Shown here: positions 56,392 through 64,000 of the stretch, piece after piece | Position numbering within the stretch: position 1 is the stretch's first letter | How the letters are laid out: each line of letters begins with the position of its first letter | NCBI GenBank assembly: GCA_964016885.1 | Contig: OZ024740.1 | Coordinates: 32,302,001 to 32,366,000, forward strand | Length of the DNA: 64,000 nucleotides | Origin: Eledone cirrhosa | Taxonomy: Eukaryota | Reading direction: 5' to 3' | Notes under the pieces: generated by a model | What the model saw: only the letters and a program-made list of their open reading frames with translations | Databases searched by the model: none | What the model was told of the DNA's origin: nothing | Translations under genes and position numbers: made by a program

Positions 56392-59300
56392 GTGATATGA
56401 AGATATAGTAATGTTGTGTTTATTAGTGATATAATAGACATGAAGACATAGTAAAGTTGTGTTTATTAGTGTTATAATAGAGATATGAAGACATAAAGTT
56501 GTTTATTAGTGATATAATAGACATATGAACACTTAGTAAAGTTGTGTTTATTAGTGTTATAATAGACATATGAAGACGCAAAGTTGTTTATTAATGATAT
56601 AATAGACATATGAAGACATAGTAAAGTTGTGTTTATTAGTGATATAATAGACATATGAAAACATAGTAAAGTTGTTTATTAGTGATATAATAGACATATG
56701 AAGACATAGTAAAGTTGTGTTTATTAGTGTTATAATAGAGATATGAAGACGTAAAGTTGTTTATTAGTGATATAATAGACATATGAAGACATAGTAAAGT
56801 TGTTTATTAGTGATATAATAGATATAGGAAGACATAGTAAAGTTGTTTATTAGTGCTATAATAGACATATGAAGACGTAAAGTTGTTTATTAGTGATGTA
56901 ATAGACATATGAACACATAGTAAAGTTGTTTATTAGTGATATAATAGACATAAGAAGACGTAGTAAAGTTGTGTTTATTAGTGTTATAATAGACATATGA
57001 ACACATAGTAAAGTTGTTTATTAGTGCTATAATAGACATGAAGACATAGTAAAGTTGTGTTTATTAGTGATATAATAGACATATGAAGACATAGTAAAGT
57101 TGTGTTTATTAGTGATATAATAGACATATGAAGACATAGTAAAGTTGTGTTTATTAGTGATATAATAGACATGAAGACATAGTAAAGTTGAGTTTATTAG
57201 TGTTATAATAGACATGAAGACATAGTAAAGTTGAGTTTATTAGTGATATAATAGACATATGAAGACATAGTAAAGTTGTTTATTAGTGATATAATAGACA
57301 TATGAACACTTAATAAAGTTGTGTTTATTAGTGTTATAATAGACATATGAAGACATAGTAAAGTTGTTTATTAGTGATATAATAGACATATGAAGACATA
57401 GTAAAGTTGTTTATTAGTGTTATAATAGACATATGAAGACATAGTAAAGTTGTTTATTAGTGATATAATAGACATATGAAGACGTAGTAAAGTTGTTTAT
57501 TTGTGATATAATAGACATATGTGAGCCATGGTAAAGTTGTTTATTAGTGATATAATAGACATGAAGACATAGTAAAGTTGTTTATTAGTGATATGATAGA
57601 TATAGGAAGACATAGTAAAGTTGTTTATTAGTGTTATAATAAACATATGAAGACGTAGTAAAGTTGTGTTTATTAGTGATATAATAGACATATGAAGACA
57701 TAGTAAAGTTGTTTATTAGTGATATAATAGACATATGAAGACATAGTAAAGTTGTTTATTAGTGATATAATAGACATATGAAGACATAGTAAAGTTGTTT
57801 ATTAGTGTTATAATAGATATAGGAAGACATAAAGTTGTTTATTAGTGCTATAATAGACATATGAACACATAGTAAAGTTGTTTATTAGTGCTATAATAGA
57901 CATATGAAGACAGTAAAGTTGTTTATTAGTGATATAATAGACATATGAAGACATAGTAAAGTTGTTTATTAGTGATGTAATAGACATGAACACTTAGTAA
58001 AGTTGTGTTTATTAGTGATATAATAGACATATGAACACATAGTAAAGTTGTTTATTAGTGATATAATAGACATATGAACACATAGTAAAGTTGTTTATTA
58101 GTGATATAATAGACATATGAACACATAGTAAAGTTGTTTATTAGTGTTATAATAGACATATGAACACATAGTAAAGTTGTTTATTAGTGATATAATAGAC
58201 ATATGAAGACATAGTAAAGTTGTTTATTAGTGATATAATAGACATATGAACACTTAGTAAAGTTGTGTTTATTAGTGTTATAATAGACATATGAAGACGT
58301 AGTAGAGTTGTTTATTAGTGATATAATGGACATATGAACACATAGTAAAGTTGTTTATTAGTGTTATAATAGACATATGAAGACATAGTAAAGTTGTTTA
58401 TTAGTGATATAATAGACATATGAAGACATAGTAAAGTTGTTTATTAGTGATATAATAGTTATAGGAAGACATAGTAAAGTTGTTTATTAGTGATATAATA
58501 GACATGTGAAGACATAGTAAAGTTGTTTATTAGTGATATAATAGATATAGGAAGACATAGGAAAGTTGTTTATTAGTGCTATAATAGACATATGAACACA
58601 TAGTAAAGTTGTGTTTATTAGTGTTATAATAGACATATGAAGACATAGTAATGTTGTGTTTATTAGTGATATAATAGACATATGAAGACGTAGTAAAGTT
58701 GTTTATTAGTGATATAATAGACATGAAGACATAGTAAAGTTGTTTATTAGTGCTATAATAGACATATGAAGACATAGTAAAGTTGTGTTTATTAGTGATA
58801 TAATAGACATATGAAGACATAGTAAAGTTGTTTATTAGTGCCATAATAGACATATGAACACATAGTAAAGTTGTTTATTAGTGATATAATAGACATATGA
58901 ACACATAGTAAAGTTGTTTATTAGTGTTATAATAGACATATGGAGACATAGTAAAGTTGTTTATTAGTGATATAATAGACATATGAAGACATAGTAAAGT
59001 TGTGTTTATTAATGATATAATAGACATATGAAGACATAGTAAGGTTGTTTATTAGTGATATAATGTATATAGGAAGACGTAGTAAAGTTGTTTATTAGTG
59101 ATATAATAGACATGTGAAGACTGAGTAAAGTTGTGTTTATTAGTGATATAATAGACATATGAAGACGTAGTAAAGTTGTGTTTATTAATGATATAATAGA
59201 CATATGAAGACATAGTAAAGTTGTTTATTAGTGCTATAATAGACATATGAACACCTAGTAAAGTTGTTTATTATTGATATAATAGACATATGTAGACATA

Positions 59301-60299
59301 GTAAGGTTGTTTATTAGTGCTATAACAGACATATGAAGACGTAGTAAAGTTGTGTTTATTAGTGATATAATAGACATATGAAGACGTAGTAAAGTTGTTT
59401 ATTAGTGATATAATAGACATGAAGACATAGTAAAGTTGTTTATTAGTGATATAATAGACATATGAAGACATAGTAAAGTTGTTTATTAGTGATATAATAG
59501 ACATATGAACACTTAGTAAAATTGTGTTTATTAGTGTTATAATAGACATATGAAGACGTAGTAGAGTTGTTTATTAGTGATATGATAGACATATGAAGAC
59601 GTAGTAAAGTTGTGTTTATTAATGATATAATAGACATATGAAGACATAGTAAAGTTGTTTATTAGTGCTATAATAGACATATGAACACCTAGTAAAGTTG
59701 TTTATTATTGATATAATAGACATATGTAGACATAGTAAGGTTGTTTATTAGTGCTATAACAGACATATGAAGACGTAGTAAAGTTGTGTTTATTAGTGAT
59801 ATAATAGACATATGAAGATGTAGTAAAGTTGTTTATTAGTAATATAATAGACATGTGAAGACATAGTAAAGTTGTTTATTAGTGATATAATAGACATGTG
59901 CAGACATAGTAAAGTTGTTTATTAGTGATATGATAGACATAGGAAGACATAGTAAAGTTGTGTTTATTAGTGATATAATAGATATATGAAGACATAGTAA
60001 AGTTGTTTATTAGTGCTATAATAGACATATGAACACATAGTAAAGTTATTTATTAGTGATATAATATATATAGGAAGACATAGTAAAGTTGTTTATTAGT
60101 GATATAATAGACATATGAAGACATAGTAAAGTTGTTTATTAGTGCTATAATAGACATATGAAGAGTGAGTAAAGTTGTGTTTATTAGTGATATAATAGAC
60201 ATATGAAGATAGTAAATTTGTTTATTAGTGCTATAATAGACATATGAAGTCGTGGTAAAGTTGTTTATTAGTGAGATAATAGACATATGAAGACATAGT

Positions 60300-60327
60300 C
60301 TAACCCATGCTAGCGTGGAAGATGGAC
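60300..60327. other. 28-bp non-satellite insert, copy 7
   Basis: Identical insert. The upstream GTGAGATAAT variant is shared with copy 6. Confidence 0.95.
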
Positions 60328-63300
60328 GTGATATGAAGATATAGTAATGTTGTGTTTATTAGTGATATAATAGACATGAAGACATAGTAAAGTTGTGTTT
60401 ATTAGTGTTATAATAGAGATATGAAGACATAAAGTTGTTTATTAGTGATATAATAGACATATGAACACTTAGTAAAGTTGTGTTTATTAGTGTTATAATA
60501 GACATATGAAGACGCAAAGTTGTTTATTAATGATATAATAGACATATGAAGACATAGTAAAGTTGTGTTTATTAGTGATATAATAGACATATGAAAACAT
60601 AGTAAAGTTGTTTATTAGTGATATAATAGACATATGAAGACATAGTAAAGTTGTGTTTATTAGTGTTATAATAGAGATATGAAGACGTAAAGTTGTTTAT
60701 TAGTGATATAATAGACATATGAAGACATAGTAAAGTTGTTTATTAGTGATATAATAGATATAGGAAGACATAGTAAAGTTGTTTATTAGTGCTATAATAG
60801 ACATATGAAGACGTAAAGTTGTTTATTAGTGATGTAATAGACATATGAACACATAGTAAAGTTGTTTATTAGTGATATAATAGACATAAGAAGACGTAGT
60901 AAAGTTGTGTTTATTAGTGTTATAATAGACATATGAACACATAGTAAAGTTGTTTATTAGTGCTATAATAGACATGAAGACATAGTAAAGTTGTGTTTAT
61001 TAGTGATATAATAGACATATGAAGACATAGTAAAGTTGTGTTTATTAGTGATATAATAGACATATGAAGACATAGTAAAGTTGTGTTTATTAGTGATATA
61101 ATAGACATGAAGACATAGTAAAGTTGAGTTTATTAGTGTTATAATAGACATGAAGACATAGTAAAGTTGAGTTTATTAGTGATATAATAGACATATGAAG
61201 ACATAGTAAAGTTGTTTATTAGTGATATAATAGACATATGAACACTTAATAAAGTTGTGTTTATTAGTGTTATAATAGACATATGAAGACATAGTAAAGT
61301 TGTTTATTAGTGATATAATAGACATATGAAGACATAGTAAAGTTGTTTATTAGTGTTATAATAGACATATGAAGACATAGTAAAGTTGTTTATTAGTGAT
61401 ATAATAGACATATGAAGACGTAGTAAAGTTGTTTATTTGTGATATAATAGACATATGTGAGCCATGGTAAAGTTGTTTATTAGTGATATAATAGACATGA
61501 AGACATAGTAAAGTTGTTTATTAGTGATATGATAGATATAGGAAGACATAGTAAAGTTGTTTATTAGTGTTATAATAAACATATGAAGACGTAGTAAAGT
61601 TGTGTTTATTAGTGATATAATAGACATATGAAGACATAGTAAAGTTGTTTATTAGTGATATAATAGACATATGAAGACATAGTAAAGTTGTTTATTAGTG
61701 ATATAATAGACATATGAAGACATAGTAAAGTTGTTTATTAGTGTTATAATAGATATAGGAAGACATAAAGTTGTTTATTAGTGCTATAATAGACATATGA
61801 ACACATAGTAAAGTTGTTTATTAGTGCTATAATAGACATATGAAGACAGTAAAGTTGTTTATTAGTGATATAATAGACATATGAAGACATAGTAAAGTTG
61901 TTTATTAGTGATGTAATAGACATGAACACTTAGTAAAGTTGTGTTTATTAGTGATATAATAGACATATGAACACATAGTAAAGTTGTTTATTAGTGATAT
62001 AATAGACATATGAACACATAGTAAAGTTGTTTATTAGTGATATAATAGACATATGAACACATAGTAAAGTTGTTTATTAGTGTTATAATAGACATATGAA
62101 CACATAGTAAAGTTGTTTATTAGTGATATAATAGACATATGAAGACATAGTAAAGTTGTTTATTAGTGATATAATAGACATATGAACACTTAGTAAAGTT
62201 GTGTTTATTAGTGTTATAATAGACATATGAAGACGTAGTAGAGTTGTTTATTAGTGATATAATGGACATATGAACACATAGTAAAGTTGTTTATTAGTGT
62301 TATAATAGACATATGAAGACATAGTAAAGTTGTTTATTAGTGATATAATAGACATATGAAGACATAGTAAAGTTGTTTATTAGTGATATAATAGTTATAG
62401 GAAGACATAGTAAAGTTGTTTATTAGTGATATAATAGACATGTGAAGACATAGTAAAGTTGTTTATTAGTGATATAATAGATATAGGAAGACATAGGAAA
62501 GTTGTTTATTAGTGCTATAATAGACATATGAACACATAGTAAAGTTGTGTTTATTAGTGTTATAATAGACATATGAAGACATAGTTAAGTTGTGTTTATT
62601 AGTGCTATAATAGACATATGAAGACATAGTAATGTTGTGTTTATTAGTGATATAATAGACATATGAAGACGTAGTAAAGTTGTTTATTAGTGATATAATA
62701 GACATGAAGACATAGTAAAGTTGTTTATTAGTGCTATAATAGACATATGAAGACATAGTAAAGTTGTGTTTATTAGTGATATAATAGACATATGAAGACA
62801 TAGTAAAGTTGTTTATTAGTGCCATAATAGACATATGAACACATAGTAAAGTTGTTTATTAGTGATATAATAGACATATGAACACATAGTAAAGTTGTTT
62901 ATTAGTGTTATAATAGACATATGGAGACATAGTAAAGTTGTTTATTAGTGATATAATAGACATATGAAGACATAGTAAAGTTGTGTTTATTAATGATATA
63001 ATAGACATATGAAGACATAGTAAGGTTGTTTATTAGTGATATAATGTATATAGGAAGACGTAGTAAAGTTGTTTATTAGTGATATAATAGACATGTGAAG
63101 ACTGAGTAAAGTTGTGTTTATTAGTGATATAATAGACATATGAAGACGTAGTAAAGTTGTGTTTATTAATGATATAATAGACATATGAAGACATAGTAAA
63201 GTTGTTTATTAGTGCTATAATAGACATATGAACACCTAGTAAAGTTGTTTATTATTGATATAATAGACATATGTAGACATAGTAAGGTTGTTTATTAGTG

Positions 63301-64000
63301 CTATAACAGACATATGAAGACGTAGTAAAGTTGTGTTTATTAGTGATATAATAGACATATGAAGACGTAGTAAAGTTGTTTATTAGTGATATAATAGACA
63401 TGAAGACATAGTAAAGTTGTTTATTAGTGATATAATAGACATATGAAGACATAGTAAAGTTGTTTATTAGTGATATAATAGACATATGAACACTTAGTAA
63501 AATTGTGTTTATTAGTGTTATAATAGACATATGAAGACATAGTAAAGTTGTTTATTAGTGATATAATAGACATATGAAGACATAGTAAAGTTGTTTATTA
63601 GTGTTATAATAGATATAGGAAGACATAAAGTTGTTTATTAGTGCTATAATAGACATATGAACACATAGTAAAGTTGTTTATTAGTGCTATAATAGACATA
63701 TGAAGACAGTAAAGTTGTTTATTAGTGATATAATAGACATATGAAGACATAGTAAAGTTGTTTATTAGTGATGTAATAGACATGAACACTTAGTAAAGTT
63801 GTGTTTATTAGTGATATAATAGACATATGAACACATAGTAAAGTTGTTTATTAGTGATATAATAGACATATGAACACATAGTAAAGTTGTTTATTAGTGA
63901 TATAATAGACATATGAACACATAGTAAAGTTGTTTATTAGTGTTATAATAGACATATGAACACATAGTAAAGTTGTTTATTAGTGATATAATAGACATAT

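Larger units (their letters stand above)
52008..63520 (+). repeat. HOR domain C: about 3 tandem units (3893 bp, 3936 bp, third unit truncated)
   Basis: The marker TAGTAATATAATAG occurs at 52008, 55901 and 59837. ORF offsets are 52224/56117/60053, 53872/57808/61744 and 59009/62990. Confidence 0.92.
1..64000 (+). repeat. Tandem satellite array, 43-bp monomer TAGTGATATAATAGACATATGAAGACATAGTAAAGTTGTTTAT, about 1,480 copies, running off both window ends
   Basis: The monomer is read directly and continuously end to end. Variants are point changes (GTG[A/C/T]TAT, GAA[G/C]AC, GAC[A/G]T, GATATAGGAAG) and small indels (GTTGTGTTT 45-mer, GACATGAAG 41-mer). The copy number is an estimate from length divided by monomer size. 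Confidence 0.99.

Noticed and set aside
206-63789. All 60-124 aa ORFs in the track (MSIISLINNFTMSSYVYY...)
   Set aside because: They are translations of the monomer's reverse strand, which has an ATG in every monomer and stops (TAATAA) in only one frame. ORF length simply follows runs of 41/43/45-bp monomers. They overlap in several frames and flip strand inside the inversion.
1-64000. CRISPR array (repeat length in a similar range)
   Set aside because: Monomers abut directly with no unique spacers, no leader and no cas genes. The 28-bp insert is identical in all 7 copies, so it is not a spacer set.
1-64000. TATAAT (-10 box-like) on the + strand and AATAAA (polyA signal-like) on the - strand in nearly every monomer
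   Set aside because: These are expected in a 77% AT repeat. There is no -35 element, downstream gene or transcript evidence.
1-64000. Assignment to human HSat1A (42-bp AT-rich satellite) or another named family
   Set aside because: Only the length and AT content are similar. I cannot match the monomer sequence to any family I know, and a database search is needed.
1-64000. Monomer variant order as an information-bearing code or antigenic-variation cassette system
   Set aside because: The variant order is adequately explained by point mutation, slippage and block duplication. No recombinase, expression site or reading-frame constraint is visible.

Overview
The whole 64-kb window is one AT-rich tandem satellite DNA array (consensus about 23% GC), most likely eukaryotic heterochromatin. 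The organism and satellite family cannot be named from the sequence alone. The consensus monomer is 43 bp (TAGTGATATAATAGACATATGAAGACATAGTAAAGTTGTTTAT), with roughly 1,480 copies and common 41/45-bp slippage variants. There are no credible genes, RNA genes, CRISPR arrays or transposons, and every listed ORF is a translation of the monomer. The structure lies in the arrangement. (i) Nested multi-kb higher-order repeats (HORs) have periods of 7156, 5728, 4232, 4032 and 3899 bp on the left, 5451/4617 bp forming a 10,068-bp super-unit in the middle, and 3893/3936 bp on the right. (ii) A single ~950-bp inverted block (48116-49067) has 4-bp microhomology junctions and a 77-bp perfect inverted repeat across its right end, and it sits in a divergent non-HOR zone. 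(iii) A 28-bp GC-rich non-satellite insert with a near-palindromic core is carried in 7 identical copies by the HORs. HOR boundaries were estimated by eye from shared variants and ORF-track offsets and are approximate. I found no evidence for a new protein-coding system.
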